Below are positions 26,201 to 42,134 of a DNA stretch of 64,000 nucleotides, piece by piece. A program made the position numbers and the translations under genes. Every line of letters begins with the position of its first letter. Within the stretch, counting starts at the first letter, position 1. The stretch lies in NCBI RefSeq assembly GCF_009914755.1, contig NC_060930.1. One strand, given 5' to 3'. Under the pieces are notes generated by a model. The model ran no database searches, was not told the DNA's origin, and saw nothing but the letters and a program-made list of their open reading frames with translations. Source of the DNA: the human T2T-CHM13v2.0 reference genome, Homo sapiens.

Positions 26201-27788
26201 TTAAATGACAAAAACTGAAAGAAATGTGTGACCATGAGAACACCATAATCTATGAATGATGTGCTGAAACAGGAAACCCAAAATGATGGTAACTGAGGGT
26301 AGCACTAAAGCCCTAAGTTATTGTCATATTCTCACCTAAGTGAGAACCTGGCTAAAAGTGGGGAATTTTGAAACAAAATTATGGGAGTTCATTGTTTTGC
26401 ACTGAGCTCATGCACAAGGCTCCTATATATGAGAACAAACCAAAGCAGTGTCATTCATGCTAAATATAACATAATTGAACTGAAACTTTAAGGAAACAGA
26501 TCCTAAAACAGACCAATGTTTTTCTTCTGTAAAAAGGAAATTCTTATATGGGAGAGGGGGAGATTCTCTCTACTCTAACCCTTTTAAAAAATAATAACCT
26601 TAAGTCCTTGTTTCCACTTCACAAAATCCATCATTCTGCTATTTCCCAGTGAGACTTAAGACCAAATAAGAACATTTATGGTGGTAATAGAGTGATATCA
26701 ATGCCTAAAATTTTGGTCTATCTCTCACATTTGAAAGGATGAACAAAAGGGGAGAATTATTAAATAAGTTTAGTCTAAAGCTACCTCCTTACATATTTTA
26801 AGTTCAACCTAAAGGTTTCTGCAGAACTGTAACATAACTGGATGTGTAAACACACTGTAACCTACTCTTGTGCCAATCACCAAGTTTGGACCAATCAAGG
26901 GTGGCCAACTGTTCAAATTGAGTTCAAATAAGGAAAACACTGAGCTAAAACCAATCCAGCTGTTTCTCTACCTCTTGTCCATCTTCTGTGTGTCACTTTC
27001 CTTTTTCTCTCCATAAATCTTCCATCATATGGCTTTGCTGGAGCTTCTCTGAAACTATTGTAGTTCAGGGGCTGAGAAATTCATGAATTGCTGTTTGCTC
27101 AATGAAACTCTGTTAAAATTTTTAAAAAGAAAAAGAATAATAGATGAAAAGTCTATCTTGGCATGTTGATGGGCTTTTAGTCTCTTCTCTGGTGGTTAGT
27201 CTTTCCTGGTTATTTGATAAAATTCCTAAGGAGGGGATTTTAAGGAAATTGCACTTCTTTTAGAATGAAGTTTTCTTAGTCAGATAAGGAATTTGCAGAG
27301 AAAGTTCCTCCCTGTACTTGGTGAAGGGAAAAAACAAGAGAAGGTTAGAAAGTCTTTGGTTTTGAGGCAGCTTCTCAGGCCTTCCTATTTTAATTCAAAG
27401 TTCCCAGCATGGCAAAGCACCAAACTTTTGCAGTATTGTTTTCTGAGCCTTAACAATAGTCACAGTTCAGATGTCGGTGCTGTACTCATCTCAAGCTGTT
27501 CACACGTATACCAGCTGCAAATCTCCATTCACACTGCAGATATAGATATTTTCCCAATATCGTATTAAGTAAATCCTTTGATACCCTTGGCAAAATTTTA
27601 TGGTAATTTTCAAACAAAATAGAAGTAGGACTCTCAGCAAATTAAAGAATACAGTCACTTTGCATTGTAAAGTAAAATCCATTTTAGTTCATTTTCCTTA
27701 TTGATACTATCATGGAAGTAACGTTAAATAAAAAGAGTCAGAATTTATATATAGCACACCACTTAATGTAAAAAATTGAAAGTATTTC

Positions 27789-28126
27789 TGCGGCAGTCAT
27801 TGAGTTACATCACATGGATCTCCCCTTAAGAAAGAATCTTCCATTCAGTTTCTGGGAGTACAACTAGCTGACAGCCTTCAGCTATTACAGATTTGAGGAT
27901 GCCCTCAGCTTTCAAACCCAGGTTACAATCTTCTGGGGAAGCCTCTGGACAATGTCTGAGCATGATAGGAACACTAAGAACATAGTCATTTCTGCCCAGT
28001 GTGGGGGTCCACTAATGGGCAATGTTTTCTCTGAAGCTCCCCATCAGGATTTTACAGAATGTTATTGCCTGATATTCTCTCTTCTCTAATCCTGCTCCTG
28101 CTTTCTTTTCTTTCATTGGTGTCAGT
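27789..28126 (+). mobile_element. ERVL LTR part (LTR16-like)
   Basis: TGCGGCAGTCAT..GATCTCCCCTT..GACAGCCTTCAGCT..TAATCCTGCTCC..TTTCATTGGTGTCAG. Confidence 0.55.
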
Positions 28127-28730
28127 GGTGAAAAAATGATCAGGATGAAGTTTATAAAAAGTCATGACTGGAGAATCACAATACCAAACCTTGAATTTGA
28201 GGACTAAGGCAATGTCATTTGCAGCTGAGAGTTACAAGCCTTTTGAAAATTACCTCTTGGTGTGCTACTGGGCCATGGTAGAGATGAAATACTCAACTAG
28301 GGGACATCAACTGGCCATGCACCAGGAACTGCGTATCATGAGTTGGATTCTATGGAAGCCTCTGTGTTTCAAAGTTAGGTGGGTTCAGGAGCAATCTATT
28401 GTGACATGGAAAAGGTATATCAAAAATCAAACTTGAGTAATATCCGATGACATAAGTAAGTACTTCAGCAAGTGGTTCAGATGGCTATGTTACCCACAAT
28501 TTTTGCACTAGCTCTCTATCATGGTTCACACATATATCTATATGTGGGAATTTCCCCATATATTCAGCTACAGAAAGAAAAAAACCTACTTTTGTTTATG
28601 AAGGCATAGGCTTTCTATGTGGGTGTAAACCAAAAATGAACAATCAGATGAATCACAATCACACTCAACTGTGGCCTTAGAAGATAGTGGTGAGGGAAAA
28701 TCTTACAAACCACTGTTCATTCACTTTTCC

Positions 28731-30524
28731 TTTAGGGGCAGAAAAGTATGATACCTTTACTCACCTATCATAAGAGTCATGGCCCACACTCCTATAACAA
28801 GACAGGTTAACAAGAGAAAAGCATAACAAATGTATTTAATCTAGGTTTTACATGACACGGGAACATTTAGAAATGAAGACCTAAATATTCAGGGAAAACT
28901 GTCCATTTTTATGCTCAGGTTCAATGAAGAATAGACAGCCAGGTAGAAATGGAATTGGACAAAAAGGTATGATGATAATAGACTAATGGGGAAATCTGAA
29001 CAGAAAGACCTGTTTGTTCCAATTCTTCTTGGCCTCTCTGTGTAGTAGTCCTTCCTCCCAGGTATGTGGCAGGACCCTTCTGGATTGAGAGTCTTATGAC
29101 CTATTATCAGACAAGGCAGGTCAGAGAATTTCTTTATGACCAGGTCTAAGACAGAACAACAGGGAAAGTTTAGAGTAATATTTCTGAGTTTTATAGCTTG
29201 CTTTGGAGGAGGGGAGTTCTAGTTTCTATGACCTGCCTTGGGGAAGAGGAATTCTATTTTAATGACTTGCCTCAGGGCAGAAAGAAGGGCAAAAAAAACC
29301 AGAAGTGTTGCTGGAAATCAGGGACCCTGAATGGAGGGACTGGCTGATGCCACGGCAGAAGAAAATAGATCATGAAGATTTCATGGATATTTGTTAGTTT
29401 CCCAAATTAATACTTTTATAATTTCCTACACCTGTCTTTACTGCAATCTCTGAACATAAATTGTGAAGATTTCATGGACATTTATCACATCCCCAATCAA
29501 TACTGTTATAATTTCCCATGCCTGTCTTTAATCTCTTAAACCCATCATCTTCATAAACTGAGGATGTATGTTGTCTCAGGACCCTGTGATGATTGCATTA
29601 CCTGCACAAATTGTTTGTAAAGCATATGTGTTTGAATAATATGAAATCTGGGCACCTTGAAAAGAACAGGATAACAGTGATGTTCAGGAAACAAGGGAGA
29701 TAACCATAAGGCCTGACTGCCTGCAGGGCCAGGCAGAACAGAGTCATATTTCTCTTCTTGCAAAAGCAAATAGGAGAAATATCGCTGAATCCTTTTTCTC
29801 AGCAAGAAACAGCCCTGGGAAAGAATGCATTCCCAGGGGGAAGTCTCTAAAATGGCCTCTCTGGAAGTGTCTGTCTTATGCAGTTTTTGATAAGGGATGA
29901 AATATGCCCTGGTCTCCCACAGTGCCCCCAGGCTTGCTAGGATTCGGAAATTCCAGCCAGGCAAAATTCTAGTCAGACCGGTTGTCTGCTCTCAAACCCT
30001 GTTTCCTGTTAAGATGTTTATCAATGACAATGTGTGCCCAGCAGGACATGGACCTTCATCAGTAATTCTAGTTTTGCCCTGGCCTTGTGATCTCATTCTG
30101 CCTCTCTGCCCTTGTGATATTTTATTGCCTTTGAAGCAAGTGATTTCTGTGACCCACTCCCTATTCATACACCCCTCCCCTTTTGAAACCCCTAATAAAA
30201 ACTTGCTGGTTTTGTGGTTCAAGGGGCGTCATGGAACCTGCTGATATGTGATGTCACCCCCGGAGTCCCAGCTGTAAAATTTCTCTTTTGTACTCTACTC
30301 TTTATTTCTCAGACTGACCAACACTTAGGGAAAATAGAAAAGAAACTACATTGAAATATTGGGGGCTGATTCCCCCGATACAGAAGGACAGAAGAAGATC
30401 AGAGAGAACTTACTCATGATGCTGCTTCTGAAGCTGCTTCTGAGGCCTTCCAATCTCTTTTAGTTCAAAGAACTAAGCATGCCAAATTACCATACTTTGG
30501 GATATAATTTTCTGGGCCCCAATG
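28731..30524 (-). mobile_element. ERV1 solo LTR (MER39/MER34-group-like) split by MER11
   Basis: Minus strand begins ..TTGGGGCCCAGAAAATTATATCCCAAAGTATGG..GGAAGGCCTCAGAAGCAGC; related to the 9865-27455 LTR. Confidence 0.65.
29306..30380 (+). mobile_element. MER11 solo LTR (HML-8/HERVK11)
   Basis: TGTTGCTGGAAATCAGGGACCC..TTCCCCCGATA, 1075 bp, AATAAA near 30194, exact 6-bp TSD cagaag. Confidence 0.92.
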
Positions 30525-31034
30525 GTACACAAGGAGAAAGGTCCCAAGGTAAGGATATATATGAGCTTATGGGCAAAGTTGAATGAATTGTCTGGCTGGT
30601 TGGGGGCCTTGGAGGGAAAAGATTGGAAGACCAGAGACATGAAGGCATGGGGAAGAGGTGTGGCAAGTCTACAAAGTGGTTTTTGAGGTGGATGAACATT
30701 GAAAATGAATACGGAGTGTGAATATCTTTGTATCATATGTAAGCACACATCAGAAATCATCCATCTGCAAAGAATTACACAAGCTAGTAGAGGAAATTAC
30801 TTGGCCAATAGATATTAGACAATTTTGTTGTTGGCTATCCCAGCACTGGCATGATGGGTCCATGAACAGAGGAGCCTCCATGGCAGAGAAGGATGTAATG
30901 CATGGTGGGATTCCCCCTTAGCAAGGCTGGTCAGCAATTACTGCTTCTGAGTTCCTGTACCTGTCTACAGCAGAGGTTAACACTGACTCCCTAAATCTCA
31001 AAGGACAGCTGGCCACTTTTTGGTAAGTTGGCTT

Positions 31035-31220
31035 CATTGAACGCCTTCTAGCTTCCTCCTTTTTTCCTTTCATGGGCATCAAATCTGCATCACACTTTGA
31101 AGGCTTCCCCTGACCAGTTCTCTTTCCTCCCCTTTTACCTTTCACAGGCATTACTCCCAGATGAAGTTTTAACTCTCTAATCATCATCTTAACACGTTTT
31201 TCAGGTGATATAACTGCCAC
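31035..31220 (+). mobile_element. ERVL LTR 3' part (LTR16-like)
   Basis: CTTTCATGGGCATCAAATCTGCATCAC..TGAAGGCTTCCCCTG..TTTCACAGGCATTACTCCC. Confidence 0.5.
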
Positions 31221-33023
31221 AATATTCAAAACAATAATATGTATGGTTCATAGATACATTTCCATGTAAATAATTTTTAAAAGACATTAAATACCCTAGA
31301 ATGGGTGCCTACAGGGAGAGGAGCAGAGTGTGCTGAACGGGGCAAGAATAACAGGAAATAAGGCAAACATAAAAAATCAGAAGACAGATTGGATGGAGAA
31401 TTGTGTGCAAAAAACTGAGACATATGATTGGTTGTGTCAGTCATGTTGCATGCATCTGAGGTATAAACGGAAAACATTTATAATTTCTATTATTTGTTTT
31501 TCTTTTGAGAACCTGAGTGTTTCAACTCTTACTGTAATTCTGATTGGACAGAGATGGACTCAGTAACAGGAGCTGACTTTACAGTGGGCTTTTTTTAAAG
31601 AAACTTCTCTCTTTTCACTGAAGGAAGAAAGAATTATTCATAGTCCAGTTACCATCACTCTCCCAAATGGGTTTCAGGACTCCTGAGTGCAGGATGTATT
31701 CCAAAATATTTCCCAATTTTTTTTCTTTCTGAATGAATGTTTGACAGTCCTAAATGTGGGCTAAGCACTGGTGTTTCTTTGGATACCCATGTCCAGCTCC
31801 CAACTACCACCTCACCTCATCTCCCTCCTTGAACAGCAACCTTCCCTTCCCTTTTCTGCCTACTTTTGGCTACTTCCAATTGTCCTAAGCTGGGTGATCT
31901 CTCTTCTTGCATCTGGAGACTCTCCCTTCTTTCTCACACATTTATTGGCCTGGCCTACCATAATTTACAAACAGTGAAATATTCTACAGAAATATTCAAG
32001 GATTATCACTTTCACTTTCAAAGGATGATTAAGATTTCCTTTTTTAATCACCAACAGATGAAGCACAATCTAATTTCAGGTCACAAGTTTCCTTCAGATC
32101 ACTCCTTGGTTCATTAAGAGGAACTAAAAATTATAAAACTTAAGATAATTATAAAAACTTACCTGCCAACAAAAGGCTCTCCCTGAGGTATTTGTATTCC
32201 CTGTGGTCAAGCAGTTATGATGCCTCTCAGAAAGGGGAACACTGATTGGAAGCCAGTGGATTCTATTCTGGGTTGGTAACTCTTACCTCTGGGGTAGCTG
32301 TGGCTACAAAGGCTATTGTTTATGGTTTAGAACAATGATATTGACCTTTAAGTAGTTATGGCTTCCTTAGATAATTCTGTAGGAAGACCTTCGGATAATC
32401 TTATATTAACCTCATATTAACACACTTCTCTCCGAAACATAGAGGAAAAGCATTGTAACTATCAGGATTACAACATCTTACTTCCTCCACTCTACTGCTG
32501 GATCCATCCCGCAGACCCAGGCCGAGTGACAGATGAAAGGAGTACTCAGACACACGTATCCAATTAAAGAGCAGGCTACGGAACTGCCAGCACTAGGGGC
32601 TGAAGAGGGGTAGCAGTCCCGATAAGCTGGGGCCTCTTGTACTTACTGAGTACTGGCATAATGTCAAAGGCCTGGAGCCAACACAATCTGTGGGTAATTA
32701 GCATTGTCATACCCCCTTGCAGGGAGCAGTCTTGCATGCAGATGATCAAAAGTTGTTCTCTGGGTGACATAAGTATATAAACTAATCTAGATAGATTTCT
32801 TTTTTTAATTTTATTATTATTATACTTTAAGTTTTAGGGTACATGAGCACAATGTGCAGGTTTGTTACATATGTATACATGTGCCATGTTGGTGTGCTGC
32901 ACCCATTAACTCATCATTTAGCATTAGTTATATCTCCTAATGCTATCCCTCTTCCCTCTCCCCACCCCACAACAGTCCCTGGTGTGTGATATTCCCCTTC
33001 CTGTGTCCATGTGTTCTCATTGT

Positions 33024-36836
<3,813 letters not shown>

Positions 36837-36899
36837 GATGATGTTAGCTGGTTATTTTGCTCATTCATTGATGCAGTTTCTTCCTAGCCTTGATGGTCT

Positions 36900-37917
36900 T
36901 TACAATTTGGCATGATTTTGCAGTGGCTGGTTCCGGTTGTTCCTTTCCATGTTTAGCACTTCCTTCAGGAGGTCTTTTAGGGCAGGCCTGGTGGTTACAA
37001 AATCTCTCAGCATTTGCTTGTCTGTAAAGGATTTTATTTCTTCTTCACTTATGAAGCTTAGTTTGGCTGGATATGAAATTCTGGGTTGAAAATTCTTTTC
37101 TTTAAGAACGTTGAATATTGGCCCCCACTCTCTTCTGGCTTGTAGAGTTTCTGCCGAGAGATCCGCTGTTAGTCTGATGGGCTTCCCTTTGTGGGTAACC
37201 TGACCTTTCTCTCTGGCTGCCCTTAACATTTTTCCTTTCATTTCAACTTTGGTGAATCTGACAATTATGTGTCTTGGAGTTGCTCTTCTCGAGGAATAAC
37301 TTTGTTGCGTTCTCTGTATTTCCTGAATCTGAATGTTGGCCTACCTTGCTAGATTGGGGAAGTTCTCCTGGATAATATCCTGCAGAATGTTTTCCAACTT
37401 GGTTCCATTCTCCCCGTCACTTTCAGATACACCAATCAGACATAGATTTGGTCTTTTCACATAGTCCCATATTTCTTGCAGGCTTTGTTCTTTTCTTTTT
37501 ATTCTTTTTTTCTCTAAACTTCTTTTCTCACTTCATTTCATTCATTTCGTCTTCTATCACTAATACCCTTTATTCTAGTTGATTGCATCGGCTACTGAGG
37601 CTTGTGCATTCATCACGTAGTTCTCATGCCATGGTTTTTAGCTCCATCAGGTCCTTTAAGGACTTCTCTGCATTGGTTTTCCTAGTTAGCCATTCGTCTA
37701 ATTATTTTTCAAGGTTTTTAACTTCTTTGCCATTGGTTCAAACTTCATCCTTTAGCTCATAGTAGTTTGATCTTCAGAAGCCTTCTTCTCTCAAGTCATC
37801 ACAGTCATTCTCCATCCAGCTTTGTTCTGTTGCTGGTGAGGAGCTCTGTTCCTTTGTAGGAGGAGAGGCGCTCTGATTTTTAGAGTTTCTGGTTTTCCTG
37901 CTCTGTTTTTTCCCCAT
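36900..37917 (-). pseudogene. ORF1: L1 ORF1, disrupted
   Basis: ATG GGG AAA AAA CAG at 37917; C-terminal ..ARREWGPIF..YPAKLSF..QNHAKL*. Confidence 0.88.
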
Positions 37918-38491
37918 CTTTGTGGTTTTATCTACTTTTGGTCTTTGATAATGGTGACATACAGATGGGCTTTTGGTGTGGATGTCCTTTCTGTTTATTA
38001 GTTTTCTTTCTAAGAGACAGGACCCTCAGCTGCAGGACTGTTGGAGTTTGCTAGAGGTCCACTCCAGACCCTGTTTGCCTGGGTATCAGCAGCAGTGGCT
38101 GCAGAACAGCAGATATTGGTGAACTGCAGATGCTGCTGCCTGATTGTTCCTCTGGAAGTTTTGTCTCAGAGGAGTACCCAGTCATGTGAGGTGTCAGTCC
38201 ACCCCTACTGGGGGATGCCTCCCAGTTAGTCTACTCAGGGTTCAGGGACCCACTTGAGGAGACAGTCTGCCTGTTCTCAGATCTCCAGCTGCATGCTGGG
38301 AGAACCACTACTCTCTTCCAAGCTGTCAGAAAGGGACATTTAAGTCTGCAGAGGTTACTGCTGCTTTTGTTTGTCTGTGCCCTGCCCCCAGAGGTGGAGC
38401 CTACAGAAGCAGGCAGGCCTCCTTGAGCTGTGGTGGGCTCCACCCAGTTCGAGCTTCCCGGCTGCTTTGTTTACCTACTCAAGCCTCAGCA

Positions 38492-38992
38492 ATGGCAGGC
38501 GCCCCTCCCCCAGCCTTGCTGCCACCTTGCAGTTTGATCTCAAACTGCTGTGCTAGCAATGAGCGAGGCTCCGTGGACATAGGACCCTCCAAGCCATGTT
38601 CGGGATATAATCTCCTTGTGTGCTGTTTGTTAAGCCCATTGGAAGAGCACAGTATTAGAGTGGGAATGACCCAATTTTTCAGGTGCCGTCTGTCACCCCT
38701 TACTTTGACTAGGAAAGGGAATTCCCTGACCCCTTGCACTTCCTGGGTGGGGCCATGCCTCGCCCTGCTTTGGCTCATGCACTGTGCACTGCACCCACTG
38801 TCCTGCACCCACTGTCCAGCACTTCCCAGTGAGATGAACCCAGTACTTCAGTTGGAAATGCAGAAATCACCCATCTTCTGCGTCACTCACACTGGGAGCT
38901 GTAGACTGGAGCTGTTCCTATTCGGCCATCTTGGCTCCGCACCGATAGGTTTCTTTACACTCCCTTGTACCTTCTCCCACCACACGGACTGA
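38492..38992 (+). CDS. ORF0: L1 ORF0 homolog (antisense 5'UTR ORF), extended to 166 aa
   Basis: MAGAPPPALLPPCSLISNCCASNER.. with strong Kozak GCAATGG; open to a stop outside the L1; expression unproven. Confidence 0.6.
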   Translation: MAGAPPPALLPPCSLISNCCASNERGSVDIGPSKPCSGYNLLVCCLLSPLEEHSIRVGMTQFFRCRLSPLTLTRKGNSLTPCTSWVGPCLALLWLMHCALHPLSCTHCPALPSEMNPVLQLEMQKSPIFCVTHTGSCRLELFLFGHLGSAPIGFFTLPCTFSHHTD

Positions 38993-39129
38993 TCTCCTAT
39001 ATCTCCCACTTTTCTGTTTTTGCATCAGGTTTTGTTGATTGAAGAGTACAGATGGGTGCAGCAATAGGTTTGTCAGGCATAGTGGTTACATCTCGTTTTC
39101 CAGCTTTACATCCTTGAATTAGTAAATAA

Positions 39130-39460
39130 CATAAGATAAACATGAGTATAATTAGTCATATTCTTTTCCAATCAAGAAGTGACATGTAGTGTTACTTGGC
39201 ACCTCAGTCTAATGTATGCTGTTACTAAGAAACCCCACTGGGGGTATGTCAATCCCTTCTAGCCAAGTAGTTACATTATTAGTGGCTGAGAAGCGGGTGT
39301 CAACCCAAGTAACAGGGTGGAAGAAAGGCAGAGCTAGAAGATGGGCCTGATAGAGAGTAGCAGGTACAGGTAGCAGGCAAAGTGAGAATTTAAAAAGGTT
39401 AATAAAGCATAGCAAGGAACAAATTATCTGGAGCTAATGGTATCTGTGTCCAGAGCAGGA
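39130..39460 (-). pseudogene. env: HML-5 env remnant (signal peptide/SU start joined to the env 3' end)
   Basis: FSLCLLPVPATLYQAHLLALPFFHPVTW..NNVTTWL; only about 0.4 kb between pol end and PPT. Confidence 0.6.
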
Positions 39461-39559
39461 TTCACTCAGTCCTCTGAGTTTTCTTTTTCAGCATAATGTT
39501 CAGGACCTGTGTTGTCCGAGGAAGCTGCATTGTCTGGGGCCATGGGTCCTGCAGGGTTA

Positions 39560-42125
39560 TTTCCTTCATTTCTGGTACCAGGTTGGGTCCTAGCCACACC
39601 ATGGTGTGGTTTGATGCATCATGCTGGAATCCAAAGAGGGCCTGAGGGGGTGTAAACACAAGCATATTCTCTTCCCCATGTTAGCAGATCATTTGAACCA
39701 CACCTAACATTACTATTTACATCTTTCCATAAAATCGCAGGTTTTATGTTTTGAGGGGCTTTAGTAAAATGCCTTTGTATGACTGATTGAAATTTGTCAC
39801 TAAATTTTAAAAATTAAGGGCAAATAAGTCTTGTGCCAATAGTATTTCAGGGTCCTTACTTGTATTTCCCCTTTTTTGTTTTTTGAGCATATTTTTAAGG
39901 GTGGAGTGGACACATTCTATTATGGCCTGTCCTTGAAATTTATAAGGGATACCTGTGGAATGTTGAATGTTCCGTGTATGATAAAATTGTTGAAATTGTG
40001 ATCTGGCATAAGCTGGACCATTATTAGTTTTAATTTTTGTGGGCCACCCCATAAACACAAAGGTTAAGAGAACATGTTTAATGACATATAGGGCAGACTC
40101 TCCAGGAAGAATATGAGTGCTAATTAAGTGGGAATTGGTATAAACAGATACATGTATACATCTTACTTTTCCAAATTCAGGGATGTGTGTAACATCCATT
40201 TGCCATAACTGATTAGGTTCTTGTCCTTTAGGGTTAACACCTGTTGAAGGAGAGGATGTGCCTGTGAGCTGGCAATCTGGGCATTGTAAAATAATTTGTT
40301 TAGCTAGTCTTTGGGTAAATTGTAATTGTTTAGGTAAATTTCTCCAATTTTGGTGGAAAAATTGATGTAATTGGGTGGCTTGGTTGAGCAGTGATGTCAT
40401 AACCTGCAGGTCTGCTTGATCATTGCCATAAGCCAGTGGGCCAGGGAGTGAGCTGTGGGCTCAACTATGTGTGATAAAAATAGGATGTGTACATTGATCC
40501 AGCAATTACTGAAGTCAAAGAAAAAGGGAACACAGTGTGGGCTCAAGAGTGGACTTAATGAGGGCTGTCTCAAGGTTCTGCAATAAATAAATGAAGTAAG
40601 CAGAGTCACTAACAATATTGATGGGTTGAGTGGAAAAGGTTTCTAGGGCCATTATTAGGGCTCCAATCTCAGCTCTCTAAGTGCTAGTAAATCCAGATTG
40701 AGTGAGGGAGTCATGCAGTTCCTACCAGACAGCTGCTTTTCCATTTTTACCAGAGCCATCAGTGAAAAGCATTAAAGCGTTAGGTATGGGGGAGTGAACT
40801 ACTTTTGTAGGCATAACTATAGGAATATGAGATAAGAACTGAAGTAGTTCGTCAGCAGGAAGGGCATATTCTATATGGCCTGCATAATCTGAGAGTGCTA
40901 TCTGCAGGTCTAGAGATAAGGGCAAGACTGCTTTGAATTGTTTTCTATTCAAGGGAATTTTTATGACACCAGGGTCATAACCTAGCAACAGATTGCATCA
41001 TCTGCAGCCTGTATCGATGACTTTAGTAACTAGCTGGATATAGGGAGATAGTGCTTTAGTCCTGGTATATAAGCAAAAAACCCATTCTAGAAAGCACAGC
41101 CCTGGGGCTATCTGTCCTATTAATCCTGTTGGGGAATGTTTAGTAGAAAAAACAAATAATTGGACTGAATGTCGTGGGTCTAAGCGATCTAGTTTCCTCT
41201 GAGAAATAGCTTGCTCTGTTTCCTCAATTTCCCTCTTTGCTGCATGGGTTAAATACCTGGGGGAGCCTAGGGTCATATTGCCCTTTAGGATAGAAAACAA
41301 GTTGTGTAACTTATCAGTAGTTATGCCTAAGTTGGGGCAAAGCCAGTTAGTATCACCTTGTAATTTTTGATAATCATTTAAGGTATGTAAGATGTTTGTA
41401 TTTAATTTAACCTTCTGGGGTCTTACTGACCAGGGAGTTAGTAGGCATCCAAGATATTTCCAAGGAGAGGACATCTGTACTTTTTCAGGTGCTATGATTA
41501 AACTTCTTAACTGTGTATTCTTTTTGACAGAGTCATATAAATTTAAAAATATTGGCTCTGTTGGAGCTGCCAGTAATATATCATCCATAAAATTAATAAT
41601 CTTACAATTAGGAAATTCTTTTTTACTGGGGAGCAAAGCCTCATTTACATGATACTAACCCATGGTAGGACTGTTCAGCATTCCTGAAGGAAGTACTTTC
41701 CAATGAAATCGGCAAGCTGGCCTTTCATTATTGATAGCTGGTATTGTAAACGCAAATTTTTCTGTTTTGTTTTGCAAGGGGAATAGTATAAAAACAGTCT
41801 TTTAAGTCAATAATGACTATAGGCCAATCTCGAGGAATCACCATGGGGGAAGGGAGCCCCTGCTGAAGGGACCCCCATAAGTTTCAAATTAGCACTGATA
41901 GCACGTAAGTCATGCAAAAGTCTCCATTTACCAGACTTCTTGGGAATGACAAAAATGGGTGAATTCCGAGGGCTGTTTGATGGTTGTATATGGCCAGCTT
42001 TTAATTGTTCCTCAACTAATTCATGGGCTTGTTGTAATGTCTCTCCCTTTAAAGGCTACTGCTCTATCCAAATAGGATTTTGAGAGAGCCACTTCGGGGG
42101 TAGGGGAGGAATAACAGTGGCTATT
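39560..42125 (-). pseudogene. pol: HML-5 pol (RT, RNase H, integrase), disrupted
   Basis: NFMDDILLAA, PWKYLG, TLNDYQKL, LFTDGSG, HQFFH..CPDC, WQMDVTH, NGPAY, GIPY..QGQAIIE. Confidence 0.88.
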
Positions 42126-42134
42126 ATTAGAAAG

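Larger units (their letters stand above)
28160..31020 (+). pseudogene. ERVL-type pol (tether/RNase H) remnant, split by LTR insertions (28160-28730 and 30525-31020)
   Basis: YKPFENYLLVCYWAMVE..GHQLAMHQELRIMSWIL..EQSIVTWKRYI, EDSGEGKS, and IFVSYVSTHQ match ERV-L pol motifs. Confidence 0.7.

Noticed and set aside
29551-30244. 137-aa and 115-aa ORFs
   Set aside because: Wholly inside the MER11 LTR, with no recognisable protein motif.
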